From Camelus ferus (taxonomy: Eukaryota), in assembly GCF_009834535.1 (NCBI RefSeq), contig NC_045697.1, positions 35,590,001-35,654,000 on the forward strand: a stretch of 64,000 nucleotides of DNA, in the 5' to 3' direction. This document shows positions 51,348 to 64,000 of this stretch, piece after piece; within the stretch, counting starts at the first letter, position 1; each line of letters begins with the position of its first letter. Made by a program: the position numbers and the translations under genes. Under the pieces are notes generated by a model that saw nothing but the letters and a program-made list of their open reading frames with translations, had not been told where the DNA came from and made no database searches.

Positions 51348-54300
51348 TTAAAGGGTACCATTTTTTTTAAACATTTTTTATTGATTTATAATCATTTTAC
51401 AATGTTGTGTCAAATTCCAGTGTTCAGCACAATTTTTCAGTCATTCATGGACATATACACACTCATTGTCGCATTTTTTTCTCTGTGAGTTATCATAACA
51501 TTTTGTGTATATTTCCCTGTGCTATACAGTGTAATCCTGTTTATCTATTCTACAATTTTGAAATCCCAATCTATCCCTTCCCACCCTCCACTCGCCTGGT
51601 AACCACAAGTCTGTATTCTCTGTCTGTGAGTCCATTTCTGTCCTGTATTTATGCTTTGCTTTTGTTTGTTTGTTTGTTTTTGTTTTTGTTTTTTAGATTC
51701 CACATATGAGCGATCTCATATGGTATTTTTCTTTCTCTTTCTGGCTTACTTCACTTAGAATGACATTCTCCAGGAGCATCCATGTTGCTGCAAATGGCAT
51801 TATGTTGTCAGTTTTTATGGCTGAGTAGTATTCCATTGTATAAATATACCACCTCTTCTTTATCCAGTCACCTGTTGATGGACATTTAGGCTGTTTCCAT
51901 GTTTTGGCTATTGTAACTAGTGCTGCTATGAACATTGGGGTGCAGGTGTCATCCCGAAGTAGATTTCCTTCTGGATACAAGCCCAGGAGTGGGATTCCTG
52001 GGTCATATGGTAAGTCTATTCCTAGTCTTTTGAGGAATCTCCACACTGTTTTCCATAGTGGCTGCACCAAACTGCATTCCCACCAGCAGTGTAGGAGGGT
52101 TCCCCTTTCTCCACAGCCTCTCCAGCATTTGTCATTTGTGGATTTTTGAATGACGGCCATTCTGACTGGTGTGAGGTGAAACCTCATTGTAGTTTTGATT
52201 TGCATTTCTCTGATAATTAGTGATATTGAGCATTTTTTCATGTGCTTTTTGATCATTTGTATGTCTTCCTTGGAGAATTGCTTGTTTAGGTCTTCTGCCC
52301 ATTTTTGGATTGGGTTGTTTATTTTTTTGTTATTGAGTCGTATGAGCTGCTTATATATTCTGGAGATCGAGCCTTTGTCGGTTTCACTTGCAAAAATTTT
52401 CTCCCATTCCGTAGGTTTTCTTCTTGTTTTATTTCTGGTTTCCTTTGCTGTGCAGAAGCTTGTAAGTTTCATTAGGTCCCATTTGTTTATTCTTGCTTTT
52501 ATTTCTTCTAGGAGAAAAATTTTTAAATGTATGTCAGATAATGTTTTGCCTATGTTTTCCTCTAGGAGGTTTATTGTATCTTGTCTTATGTTTAAGTCTT
52601 TAATCCATTTTGAGTTGATTTTTGTATATGGTGTAAGGGAGTGTTCTAGCTTCATTGTTTTACATGCTGCTGTCCAGTTTTCCCAACACCATTTGCTGAA
52701 GAGACTGTCTTTATTCCAATGTATATTCTTGCCTCCTTTGTCAAAGATGAGTTGACCAAAAGTTTGTGGGTTCATTTCTGGGCTCTCTTTTCTGTTCCAT
52801 TGGTCTATATGTCTGTTTTGGTACCAATACCATGCTGTCTTGATGACTGTAGCTCTATAGTATTGTCTGAAGTCTGGGAGAGTTATTCCTCCAGCCTCTT
52901 TCTTTCTCTTCAGTAATGCTTTGGCAATTCTAGGTCTTTGATGGTTCCATATGAATTTTATTATGATTTTTTCTAGTTCTGTGAAATATGTCCTGGGTAA
53001 TTGGATAGGGATTGCATTAAATCTGTAGATTGCCTTGGGCAGTGTGACCATTTTAACAATATTGATTCTTCCAATCCAAGAGCATGGAATATCTTTCCAT
53101 TTTTTAAAGTCTTCTTTAATTTCCTTCATCAATGGTTTATAGTTTTCTGTGTACAATTCTTTCACCTCCTTGGTTAGATTTATTCCCAGATATTTTATTA
53201 CTTTGGGTGCTATTTTAAAGGGGATTGTTTCTTTACTTTCTTCTTCTGTTGATTTATTGTTAGTGTAAAGAAATGCAACTGATTTTTGAACATTAATTTT
53301 ATAACCTGCTACCTTGCTGAATTCTTCAATCAGCTCTAGTAGTTTTTGTGTGGACCTTTTAGGGTTTTCTATATATAGTAACATGTCATCATAATGACAC
53401 TTTTACCTCTTCTTTTCCAGTTTGAATCCCTTTTATTTCTTTCTCTTGCCTGACTGCTGTGGCTAGGACTTCCAGGACTATGTTGAATTGGAGTGGTGAT
53501 AGTGGGCATCCTTGTCTTGTCCCAGATTTTAGTGGGAAGCTTTTGAGTTTTTCACTGTTGAGTACTATGCTGGCTGTAGGTTTGTCATATATAGCTTTTA
53601 TTATGTTGAGATATGTCCCCTCTATACCCACTTTGGCGAGAGTTTTTATCATAAATGGGTGTTGAATTTTATCAAATGCTTTTTCTGCATCGATTGAGAT
53701 GATCATGTGGTTTTTGTCCTTTCTCTTGTTGATGTGATGTATTACATTGATTGATTTGCGTATGTTGAACCAGCCTTGTGTCCCTGGGATGAACCCCACT
53801 TGGTCATGATGTATAATCTTTTTTATGTGTTGTTGGATTCTATTTGCTAAAATTTTGGTGAGGATTTTGGTGTCTATGTTCATCAGTGATATTGGCCTAT
53901 AATTCTCTTTTTTTGTAGTGTCTTTGCCTGGTTTTGGTATCAGGGTGATGGTGGCTTCATAGAGTGAGTTTGGGAGTATTCCCTCCTTTTCAATCGTCTG
54001 GAAGAGTTTGAGAAGGACTGGTATGAGTTCTTCTTTGTATGTTTGGTAGAATTCCCCGGTGAAGCCGTCCGGTCCTGGACTTTTATTTGTAGGGAGGTTT
54101 TTAGTTGCTATTTCTATTTCCTTTCTAGTGATCAGATTGTTCAAGTGTTCAGATTCTTCTTGATTCAGTTTTGGTGGACAGTATGTTTCCAGAAACTTGT
54201 CCATCTCCTCTAGGTTATCCAGTTTGGTTCCATATAGTTTTTCATAATATTCTCATATGATATTCTGTATTTCTATTTTGTTTGTTGTAATTTCTCCATT

Positions 54301-55696
54301 TTCCTTTCTTATTTTGCTAATTTGTGCTCTCTCTTTTTTCTTCTTTGTGAGTTTGGCCAGAGGTTTGTCGATTTTATTTACTTTTTCAAAAAACCAGCTT
54401 TTGGTTTGGTTGATTTTTTCTATGGTCTTGTTAATCTCTATTGTATTTAATTCCTCTATGATCTTTATTATTTCCTTCCTTCTGCTGCTTTTTGGGGCTT
54501 TTTGTTCTTCTTTTTCTAATTCATTCAGGTGGTGGGTTAAATTGTTTATTTGAGATTGTTCTTCTTTTTTGAGGAAGGCCTGTATCGCTATAAACTTCCC
54601 TCTTAGCACTGCCTTTGCTGTGTCCCATAGGTTTTGAGTGGTTGTGCTTTCACTTTCATTTGTCTCAAGGTATTTTTTAATTTCAGCTTTGATTTCCTCA
54701 TTGACCCATTGTTTTTTCAATAACATATTGTTTAATCTCCATGCTTTCCTTTTTTTCTCCTTTGTTTCTCTGTTGTTAATTTCCAGTTTCATGGCATTGT
54801 GGTCAGTAAAGATGCTTGAGATAATTTCTATCTTCTTAAAATTGTTGAGGTTTCTTTTGTGCCCAAATACATGATCGATCCTGGAAAATGTTCCATGTGC
54901 ACTTGAAAAGAATGTATATCCTATTTTTTGGGGGTGTAATGCTCTGAAAATATCCACCAAATCTAGTTTTTCTATTGTAGTATTTAATTTCTCTGTTGCC
55001 TTGTTTATTTTCTGTCTGGAAGATCTGTCTAGTGATGTTAATGCAGTGTTAAAATCTCCAACTATGATTGTATTCCCATCAATATCCCCCTTTATCTCTG
55101 TTAGTAATTCTTGTATGTACTTAGGTGCTCCTATATTGGGTGCATATATATTAACAAGTGTAATATCCTCATCTTGTATCACTCCTTTAATCATTATAAA
55201 ATGTCCTTCTTTATCTTTCTTTATGGCCTTTGTTTTAAAGTCTATTTTGTCTGAAATCAGTACTGCCACACCTGCTCTTTAGGCTTTTCCATTTGCATGG
55301 AATATCCTTTTCCATCCTTTCACTCTCAATCTATATGTGTCCTTCTCCCTAAAGTGGGTCTCTTGTATGCAGCATATTGAAGGTTCTTGCTTTATTATCC
55401 AGTCTGCCACTCTATGTCTTTTGACTGGAGCATTTAGTCCATTAACATTTACAGTAATTAATGATAGATGTGTGTTTATTGCCATTTTGAATTTACCTTT
55501 GAATTTGAATTGGTATATCCTCTTTGTTCCTTTCTTCTTCCTTTTGTGGTTTGGTAATTTTCCTTTGTATTATGGATTTTATTTAATTTTTGTGACTCCC
55601 TTGTAAATTTTTGGCTTGTGGTTACCCTTTTTTGTAAATCTATTAACCCATTACTATAACTGTTTTTATTAAACTGATAGTTAAAGGGTACCATTT
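51348..55696 (-). mobile_element. Young 5'-truncated LINE-1 (spacer + complete ORF2 region + 3' UTR) with perfect 16-bp TSD
   Basis: TSD TTAAAGGGTACCATTT at 51348-51363 and 55681-55696; poly-T tail at 51361; EN, RT and C-terminal CCHC-like (CWRGC...HCWWEC) segments in the ORF track. Confidence 0.97.
51693..55485 (-). pseudogene. L1 ORF2 (endonuclease / reverse transcriptase), disabled by 2 nonsense codons and 1 frameshift
   Basis: ORFs 55279..55485, 54253..55269 and 53389..54204 share one frame; 51693..53384 is shifted. Confidence 0.95.
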
Positions 55697-56555
55697 GATG
55701 AGTTTTTGACATATGTACCTCCCCATGAGACTGTCATCACAATCAAGGTAATAAACATGTCTGCAAATCCCCACAGTTTCTTTGTGCTCCTTTATAATCA
55801 CACCCTTCTCCATGTCCCCAGGAACCACTTACCTGCTTTCTGTCATAAAATCATGTGCATTTCTAGAATTTTATATAAATGGAATTATACTGCATCTCTC
55901 TCTCTCTCTCTCTATCTTCTTGTCAAGCTTCATTTACTCAGGTTAATTATTTTGAGATTCATCTATTGGGTGTTTCAACAGCACATTCCTTTTTATTGCT
56001 GAGTAGTGTTCCATTATATGAATATACCACAATTTATTTACGCATTTATTTATTGATGGACGTTTGGATTGTTTCCAGTCTTGGGCTCTTACAAATAATG
56101 CTGCTGTGAATGTTGATTTGGGGTTATGTTGGTTAATTCACATCTTAATAATGTACGTCTGATTCAGTGAAGATGATGTATCTCTCCATCTATTCAGATC
56201 TTTATTAAATTTACCTCAGCAATGTTACAGTTTTCTATGCACAGATCTTATACATATTTTTTCAGAATTATCCGTATGCATTTTATAGTCACTGATGCTA
56301 CTGTAAATACAGCTTTTTAAAATACCTATTCCCAATTGTTTGCTATAGTATATGGATATACAATTGATTTTTGAGTATTGACCTTGAATCTTACAACTAT
56401 GCAAAATTCACTTATTAGTGCTAGTATCTTTTTAAAAAACTACTTCATAGTGAAATTGGAAATTATTTATTCTTTAAATGTTTGGTGGAATTATTATCTG
56501 GCCCTAGAATTTTCTTCATAAAAGATTTTTTTAAACTAAAAATTCAATTTCTTTG
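55697..56555 (-). mobile_element. Older L1M element(s) hosting the young L1; left arm at ~51300-51347
   Basis: Removing the young L1 and one TSD restores ttgagctatattt...tttaaagggtaccatttgatgagtttttgacatatgtac...catcacaatcaaggtaataaacat. Confidence 0.8.
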
Positions 56556-57112
56556 TTTAAAAATTTATTTATTTAATTGAAGACTAGTTGATTTACAATG
56601 TTGTGTTAGTTTCTGGTGTACAGCAACGTGATTCACTTATACATATATACACATTCCTTTTCATATTCTTTCTCATTAGAATTAACTAGAAGATACTGAA
56701 TATAGTTCCCTGTGCTACACAGTAGGTCCTTGTTGTTTATCTATTTTATATGTAGGAGTTAGTATCTGCAAATCCCAAACTCCCAATTTGTTCTTTCCCA
56801 CTTCTTCCCCTCTCCCCCTGTAACCATAAGTTTGTTTTCTATGTCTGTGAGTCTATCTCTGTTTTATAAATAAGTTCATTTGTGTACTTTTTTCTTTAGA
56901 TTCCACATATAAGTGATAGCACATGGTATTTTTCTTTCTCTTTCTGGCTTACCATACTTGGTTGAAGAATACAATTACTGAAATGAATAATACTCTAGGA
57001 GGAACAAAGAATAGACCAAATGAGGCTGAAGAACAGATTAGTGGAAATCACTACCACAGAACAGAAAAAAGAATGAAAAGAAACGAAGATAGTTTAAGAG
57101 AACTCTGGGACA
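56556..57112 (-). mobile_element. L1 3' end (antisense) joined to an inverted ORF1 fragment
   Basis: 3' UTR at 56556-~56952; + strand ~56962-57112 translates KNTITEMNNTLGG...EAEEQIS...EKRMKRNEDSLRELWD (L1 ORF1p coiled-coil end). Confidence 0.8.
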
Positions 57113-57364
57113 AATTTTTAAATAGACACAGTAGTATTCAGTTTATCTGTCTCTTTTTGGGGAGCATGAGTAGCTTGTTCCAAGGAATTTGACTATTACA
57201 TCTAAGTTGTTGAATTGGTTGGCATAGTATTTTTCATAGTATTTCCTTATTGTTCTTTGAGTAGCTGTAGGATCCTTAGTAATGTCACCTCTTTCATTCC
57301 TCATACTGAAAAGCTGTGTCTTCTTCTGTATTCCTGATCAGTCTGCCTATAAGTTTTTCATGTC

Positions 57365-57697
57365 ACTAGGGCACTCAAGCAAACTTATGAAGAGGTTCAT
57401 GTAGTGAGGAACTGAGTCCTCTTGCTAACAACCAGCAAAAAATATAGGCCTCCAGCCAAGAGGCACATGAAGGAGTCATCTTAGAGGTGGATCTTCCATG
57501 TCTATCCAGGTCTTCAGATACGGCAGCCCTAGCTGACAGCTTGACTACAGCTTCTTGAGCAAACCTGACCTGGAACCACCCAGCTAAGCTGCTCCTGGAT
57601 TCCTGACCCGTAGAAACTATGTGAGATAATAACGTTTGTTTTTGTTTAAGCCACTAAGTTTTAGGGGCAATTTTTTAATGCAGCACTAGAAAATTAA
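57365..57697 (+). mobile_element. MaLR LTR, MLT1E/F-like
   Basis: gaggaactgag...aacaaccagc...ctgacagcttgactacagc...ccacccagctaagctgctcctggattcctgaccc...tgtttaagccactaagttttaggg. Confidence 0.8.
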
Positions 57698-58482
57698 TGT
57701 GTTAATTAAGTTACTTGGTAAACACTTTGGTCCTCCTGAGACTTGCTTTAAATTTAAGTTTTATTAGGTGATATCAAAGCCGTGTTAGTGTAGGGCTAAT
57801 TTTACCCCATTATTGAGGCAAAACTCTTCCTGGTACCCTACCTAATGCCCGTAAATTGTGAGGTTTTCCACTCTGGCTGCTGGGATCAAGAGCTAGTCCT
57901 GGTCTGCTGTGACCTTTGGGGTTTTGTTCACTCTAATCCTTCCAGGTGGTTCTTTTCTGGGCAGATTCCTCACATGCATGTCCTAATCAGCATTTACCTG
58001 GGGATCCTGGGGGACCCATTGCAGACCTTCAGAGTTCTCACTGTGTAGTGCCCCCATCTCTAGTACTCTGCCCTGGAAAATCTAGACTCCTTGGCCTCCC
58101 TATGCTCTCAAATCTAACATGGAGATTTCCAGGTTGTACCTGGGCTCTCCATGCCCGCTCTGTGGTCTGGAAACTCTTTTCAGGTAGTAAGCTCGGGAAA
58201 TTAAAGGGCTTCATTCATCTGCTTCTCATCTCCTAGGAATCATTGTCCATTGTTGCCTTATGTCCAATGTCTTGACATTTTTTGCTTCATAGACTTCGTC
58301 TGGTTTTTAAGTTGTCTGGGCAGGAGGATAAACCTGGTTCCTGTTACTCCATGATGGCTGGAAGTAGCCCCCAGATAGACTTTGAAAGACCAATGTTTAT
58401 TGAGAACTATGTTCTGGACATGGTGCTTGGTGCCCAATGTAGCATTTCTGAATTAGTCCTTCAAAATAAAATAGAACAAACT

Positions 58483-58558
58483 AAAAATGTAAAAGCAACC
58501 AGAAATTGACACAACATTGTAAACTGACTGTAAGTCAATAAAAAAAATGTAAAAGCAA
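58483..58558 (+). mobile_element. 44-bp L1 3'-terminal insertion with perfect 16-bp TSD
   Basis: TSD AAAAATGTAAAAGCAA at 58483-58498 and 58543-58558 around ccagaaattgacacaacattgtaaactgactgtaagtcaataaa. Confidence 0.85.
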
Positions 58559-58979
58559 ACAGAAAAAAGGAAAAGACCTATGGAATAGATACCATTAGAA
58601 TTCCCTTTTTATAGATGAGGAAATCAGGACACAGAGAGATTAAATAGTTTCTTCAAGATCTACTCAAGGCCAATATATGGTGGGGTTGGGATTTGCATTG
58701 AGATCTGTTTGATTGCCAAGAGCATGCTTATAACCAGTCTTTCCTATACCCCCCACATAGCTTTTGCTGTTTAAAAGAAACTGTGAAAATGATTTGCCTT
58801 TTCTTGTGCTCACCTTCAGCAGATACTTATTCTTCTGGACTCTGGACTCTGACTACCACGTGGAGAAGTCTACAGGCTGATAGTAGAGACTGATTTCAGA
58901 TTTTCCTTTAGCAGAACACCAGTTTATCTGGCATCATGACTTTCTGTCCCTGCAAACAATGATGCAAATTTAAGTTGAG

Positions 58980-59065
58980 AATTTATAATATACTATGTGT
59001 GTGTATATATATACACACACACACATAATATATCATTATATAATATATAATATATATATATTATA
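58980..59065. repeat. Compound (TG)(TA)(CA) / AT-rich low-complexity tract
   Basis: visible. Confidence 0.85.
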
Positions 59066-60449
59066 CTGTGTTTCCACCATAAACATATCAGCTCTGGCAA
59101 ATGATTACAACTTCTTTGAAATAAGGGGAAAGAATCTCTCAGAGAGCTATGACGATGTCTCTAAAGTTTGAATGGAAGGAAGTTAGGCCTTACTTTTAGG
59201 CCTGAATTTCAAGTCAGCTTCCAGCCTTTAGGTGAGAACTGGCCGAGTGAGGACTGGCTGCTTGCTCTGTGACATGATCAGTAATTCATAGTTGTCTTCA
59301 GATTAATGGAGAGTGAGAAAGGAAGAAAAGGCTTCTCTGTGGGAGATCTAGTGATGTGTGTTTATAATGGTTCCAAGAATCCCCATGAAACTACAGAATG
59401 GAAACATACTCAAGCCAACAAAATGGGCACAAAAGTAGAGACAAGCTTATTAAGTATGTTTTTGAGGGGAATGTTCACATATGTAAGGGGGTGATTCCAG
59501 GGCAACTATGAGTCTCTTATAATTCTGAATTTCTCAACAAATGAAACTAATATGATTTTGGCTGAGATTTGTCAGCAGAGGGGACTCATGAGTGTTAATC
59601 CAGTGCTCATGTACAAATCAGAAACTTTTTTCGGCCAGTTTCCCTTTTCTCTTTTTCATGCTTATGGAATGTTAATTCCACAAATACAATCTGTTTATTG
59701 TTGAAAAAGTAGGAAATACACATAAGCAGAGAGGGAAAAAATCTTACCACTAATTAATAATCACAATGAATATATCCTGACGGCTTTTGCTTTTCCCCTG
59801 TATAAATAAAACATGTATGTGTATTTATTATGTACAGTTCTGTAATAGTTTATAAAGCCCAAGGTACGGATTCCTAACTTATTGGGGATCATGGCACAAG
59901 ATGGGGAAGACATAACACCTTAGTTGAAATCGGGGGGGTGGGGGGTGGGCCCTGCCAAGGCATTGTATGCTCTTATAAATTGTTTTTTTCTTCTGGATCT
60001 CAGTCCCTCCAACTTTTCACCTTTGAGACATGCCAGAGATGAGATGCCTGAACCTGTGATTGGAGAGTGATCCTTTGACTATAAGTCCCAAAGGTGACTC
60101 AGGCTTAAGGCCTTAGCTGGAAACAGTTAGAACAATATTTCCCAGACCCACAGCTGTGCAGGTTCCGATCCCCAGAGGCCCTCCAACTGTGGCTCTAATT
60201 ACAGAGAGCAGATTACTCTCCTAGGATCAGATGAGTGCTGGAAAGGCTAGACTTTCCCTAAACTGAGAATGAGGGTCCTGAGGAGAAGCTGCCAGCAGAA
60301 GAGGGGGCTTTACTTTATTTGATGGTTTCATGTCATTCAGCGAACTCACAGGCCATTGGAGAGTCTTTTTCCTGTTTTGTGTCCTTAGTTGCATGCAACT
60401 GAAATTAACTCTGACTGATTTAAGCAAAAAAGAGAGAGAAAAAAAGAAG

Positions 60450-60655
60450 TACTATATATACAATAGATAAACAACAAGGTCCTACTACATAGCAAAGGGA
60501 ACCATATTCAATATCTTTTAATAGCCTATAATGAAAAACAATATGAAAAGGAATATACATACATATGTATTAATGAATCACTGCTGTACACCAGAAACCA
60601 ACACAACATTGTAAACTGACTAGACTTCAGTATAAAGAGAGAGAGAGAGAGAGAA
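60450..60655 (+). mobile_element. Short L1 3' end with (GA)n tail
   Basis: tagataaacaacaaggtcctactacatagcaaagggaaccatattcaatatc...acacaacattgtaaactgact. Confidence 0.85.
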
Positions 60656-62329
60656 AGAACATTGCTGAAAGGCAACTGCTGGCAAGGTGAGAGAAAATGA
60701 GGCTTAGAAGCTGGGCAGCAGAGGCAATTAGTAGGCAGAGAATTAAATGACCTGGTGAGGACTTGCCTGCTGCTCCGCTTCTGGCACCAAAGGCCAAGAC
60801 TTTTTTTTTAAATGGGGAGATCAACAAACCTTTATCGTATATCTAAATATTTTAAAAGAAAAAGTATTTTCTATAAATTCCTACTCTGTTCATGGATATT
60901 ACAGGCTATCATAAATATTGGCTTCTAAATGTTTAATTTACCGAAACAAATTAAGGAAGCAATTAGTAAGCCTGCTAGATTGTGGCAAGTTTCTTGCTAT
61001 GTAAATATTTAAAAATTATAAATGAGTTATCAATCAAATGAACAATATATTAAATAAAATCTGTTTAATTCTCCCTCCTTTATAGTCTCACCTTGTACAC
61101 ACATGGCAGAGCTCACTGCGCCCAGCGTGTGCTCAGAAAATAGTTATAAACTGATTTCTCTTGGTCGACCTTGAGTAGTTTGATTCAATTAAAGTCACAC
61201 AACAGTTGTTATGCTTGCAGCTTCAAGGTGTACGTGAGGAGACACCGTTGCCCTGCAGAATGTGCTAGAATGAGTGAGATGCTCCTGAGTGGACAAAGGC
61301 AGCGCTTGCCCCCACCCCCATCTTCTCTGCAGGGAAAACGGCTCTGCTCACTTCTGGGGATGTGTTTTCATGGAAGTCTATAAGCCTCTCTGTTTTCCCT
61401 TCGGCAGGCGTCCAGCATGCTCCTGGTGACTTGCCCATGGAGAGTTTCCTTGTAATTTGTGAGTGAGCAGTGGTCTTGGTTTGACCCATTTTATTTCCCA
61501 GCTGGGACTTGCCCAAGGTTCATGTTCCCCTCTACTCCTGCACCTCCTCTCCTGGAGTCTCAGGTGCTCTCTGGGGCCCCAGAGGGCCCCACACCTGCCC
61601 TCTTGGCAGGTGGTGAGGCTGCAAAGGGACACCGAGTCTCAAAGCTCCCTTGGCTGCATTTGGCCCCATCCTCCCCCTCTTTTGGTTTCCAATCACAGTC
61701 AGGTCCTCCCTGAGGGATCCAGATTTTATGGGCCAAATGAAGGAAAAGCAAATTCATTTTAAAAGATGCTGGGCAGGTATTGGTATCCTATAAACTGGAA
61801 GAGTAGAGCCCTAATTTATCACATCAACATGTTGTCTTTAGATAATAACAGGGTCAAGGGATATATGGATCCTGAATAAAGGTGAAATGAATCTTTCTGT
61901 AACTAGGTAGAGTTTGTAGGTGATTTTACACATGCCATATTATTAATTTCTTTAACAAATCTGTAAGTTAGGTGGAACGGATAGTGTACAATTTTATACA
62001 CAGGGAAATGGTACTCCAAGCTTGTGTGTGGGCACATCTAATAGAGAACTGGAACCCAAACTCAGCCCTTCTAACTACACATCTCTTTTATGATGCTATC
62101 CTGTTAACACATCACTATAAACTGCAAGGTTTTAGATGAACCACATGCGCCACGATTCTGACATAAATAAAATAACCATGTATTATAAAGTACTCATCTG
62201 TGTAATAAGCACATGATAGCACATAACTGGTCCTCTCCCCACCCACGCTTGGTCAGCCCTTCTCATGCTGTCACACACATTCACAGTGCACCCATCACTG
62301 TTGCCATTTTCCATCATCCTGTGCAATAG

Positions 62330-62466
62330 TTTGATTCATGTGTACTCCTGCACTGGACTATAAGCTCCATGAAGGAAGGGAGCATACCTGATGTTGCACA
62401 CCTTGAATTCCCAACAGAGTTCTTGGCTCAAATTAAGGGCTAAATAAATATTTGTTGAATGAATGA
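62330..62466 (+). mobile_element. L2 3' end
   Basis: ctggactataagctccatgaagg...aataaatatttgttgaatgaatgaa. Confidence 0.75.
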
Positions 62467-63661
62467 AAAATTGAAGTGAAGCAGCTAGTGGTTGGATTTG
62501 GGGCTCTACTCTTAACCAGAAATCAACAGAGCCTATGAGAGACTGGAAGCCAAAGGAAAATATTTGTAAATGTGTTCGTAGGTTGTTCTTGGACTCTGTG
62601 GTTAACAAGGGAGAAAGGAGAGCATCTTTCCAACTCATGTGAACAGGAGTTCATGTGGTTCTTACTCCTGGGGAGGCCCTTCTGGGCCGCTTTCTTTGTT
62701 TTTCTTTTCCTTTCTCCACCTTGGCTGGAGGCTGAGGAAGGAGAGCCTCAGCAAGGGGTAGAGTAGCAGTGTGGCCCCCAGTAGGAGAGAACTGGCAGGT
62801 CGCCTCTTCTGGGCCTGGTGAAGTTGCTTGCAGCCAGAGGGTGTGGGCTCTCTCCTGGATCCCTGACCCACATCCAGAGCCCATGTTCAGGCCAAAGTCA
62901 ATTGAGCTGCTGCCTCGGGCACGGAGAGAGGTTCTTATGGCAACACCTGAGCCTCTGGGGGCATCTGCCATGTATTTCTTTTGGCATCGCTGGAAGAAAA
63001 GAAAACTCTTCCACTCCAGATACTGCTGAAACCCATCATCCTTCCTAAAGGGGAAAGGAGGGGCTTTGGAGGGGCTTATTACATTAAAGGGATGGAGACA
63101 CATGTCACACGTCTGTATCAAGTCCATATTTGCTATCCTTGCCACTGGCTCTTCCGAGTGACTCTTCAGGAACTGCAAGTGAAAGAAATATTATCTAAAA
63201 AGTGACTAAAGCATTCCTGTATCTAAATATAAAACTGGATCTAGATTATGAAAAAATATAAACTCAAGATCAGCCCACATTAAAGACTTGCTCCTAATGA
63301 GCATGCATCTATCAATGCTTATTCAGAATGAACCACACAAGATGCTCTGCTCTGAGCATTTAGTATGTAAAGGTCTCACGGAAGCTTAGCTAATGTCATT
63401 CATGCTCTCTGGTTCCCAGCACGTGAGGCACAAGCAGAGTCAGCTTTTTAAGTCTGCCAGGCTGAGAACCAGATGCCTTTGGGTGCCGCACTGAAGGATC
63501 AGGTCTGCTGAGATTTTCTTAATTTTTTAGATTTTCTCTTTGCCATTGGTCTTAAGTAATTTTATTATGATATGTCTTGGTATAGTTTTCTTTCTTTTTC
63601 ATAATGATTTTTGTTGCTTCCTTTTGATTTTTAAAAAGTTGTATCCCTTTTTAATTAAAAC

Positions 63662-63794
63662 CTTTTTTTTGTTGTTGTTGGGGTGGTAGGTAATTAAGTT
63701 TGTTTACTTATTTTTTGATGGAGATATTGTGGATTGAACCCAGGACCTCATGCATGCTAGGCATGCACTCTACCCCGAGTTACACCTTCCCCCC
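63662..63794 (-). mobile_element. Vic-1-like tRNA-derived SINE nested in an old L1M fragment (~63510-64000)
   Basis: Reverse complement GGGGGAAGGTGTAACTCGGGGTAGAGTGCATGCCTAGCATGCATGAGGTCCTGGGTTCAATCC...AAACTTAATTACC. Confidence 0.85.
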
Positions 63795-64000
63795 ATAGTC
63801 TTGTTTATTGTGCTTGATGGTCATTGAGCTTTGGATTGGTGGGTTTAAAGTTTTCATTTTGGGTAGCGTCTCCACGGTTGCTAATATTTTCTTCTGCAAT
63901 GTTTAATGTGCCATTAATCCCAACCAGTGTATTTTCTGTCTCAGACATTTTAGTTTTCATCTCTAGAATATTGATTTTATAAAATTATCTTCCATATCAC

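Noticed and set aside
51904..55606. Hydrophobic + strand ORFs (e.g. 52195..52755)
   Set aside because: Antisense shadows of L1 ORF2.
59932..59949. G-runs with G-quadruplex potential (also ~48636-48659)
   Set aside because: Short, common motifs with no functional context.
62651..63178. 175-aa ORF on the - strand and neighbouring short ORFs
   Set aside because: No recognisable homology or exon structure; consistent with chance in moderately GC-rich DNA.
24800..64000. A second gene, processed pseudogene or novel multi-gene system downstream of SPATA18
   Set aside because: No non-L1 ORF with recognisable homology and no CpG-island promoter. Spliced lncRNAs or conserved enhancers cannot be excluded from sequence alone.

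Overview
Mammalian genomic DNA, most likely camelid: it carries three Vic-1-like tRNA-derived SINE copies and no Alu, Bov-tA or PRE-1 that I could recognise. The first ~25 kb hold coding exons 2-13 and the 3' UTR of SPATA18 (Mieap, mitochondria-eating protein) on the + strand. All 12 exons have AG/GT boundaries and splice into one open frame (1587 nt, 528 aa + stop, ending ...CGLPRF*). Exon 1 lies upstream of the window. The remaining ~39 kb look intergenic and repeat-rich (MIR, L2, MaLR LTRs, hAT MITEs, old and young L1), including a 4.3-kb young 5'-truncated L1 with a perfect 16-bp TSD and a near-intact ORF2. I found no evidence for a new multi-gene system. The best leads are: (i) a CpG-retaining L2 fragment in intron 4 carrying an NRF1 palindrome next to inverted ETS/GABP cores, a candidate exapted internal promoter/enhancer; (ii) a (CGCAGC)n-driven Arg/Ser expansion in exon 7; (iii) a cryptic pentapeptide repeat in exon 6; and (iv) several clean retrotransposition/repair fossils. 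Comparisons with human SPATA18 and all repeat family names come from memory, not from a search.
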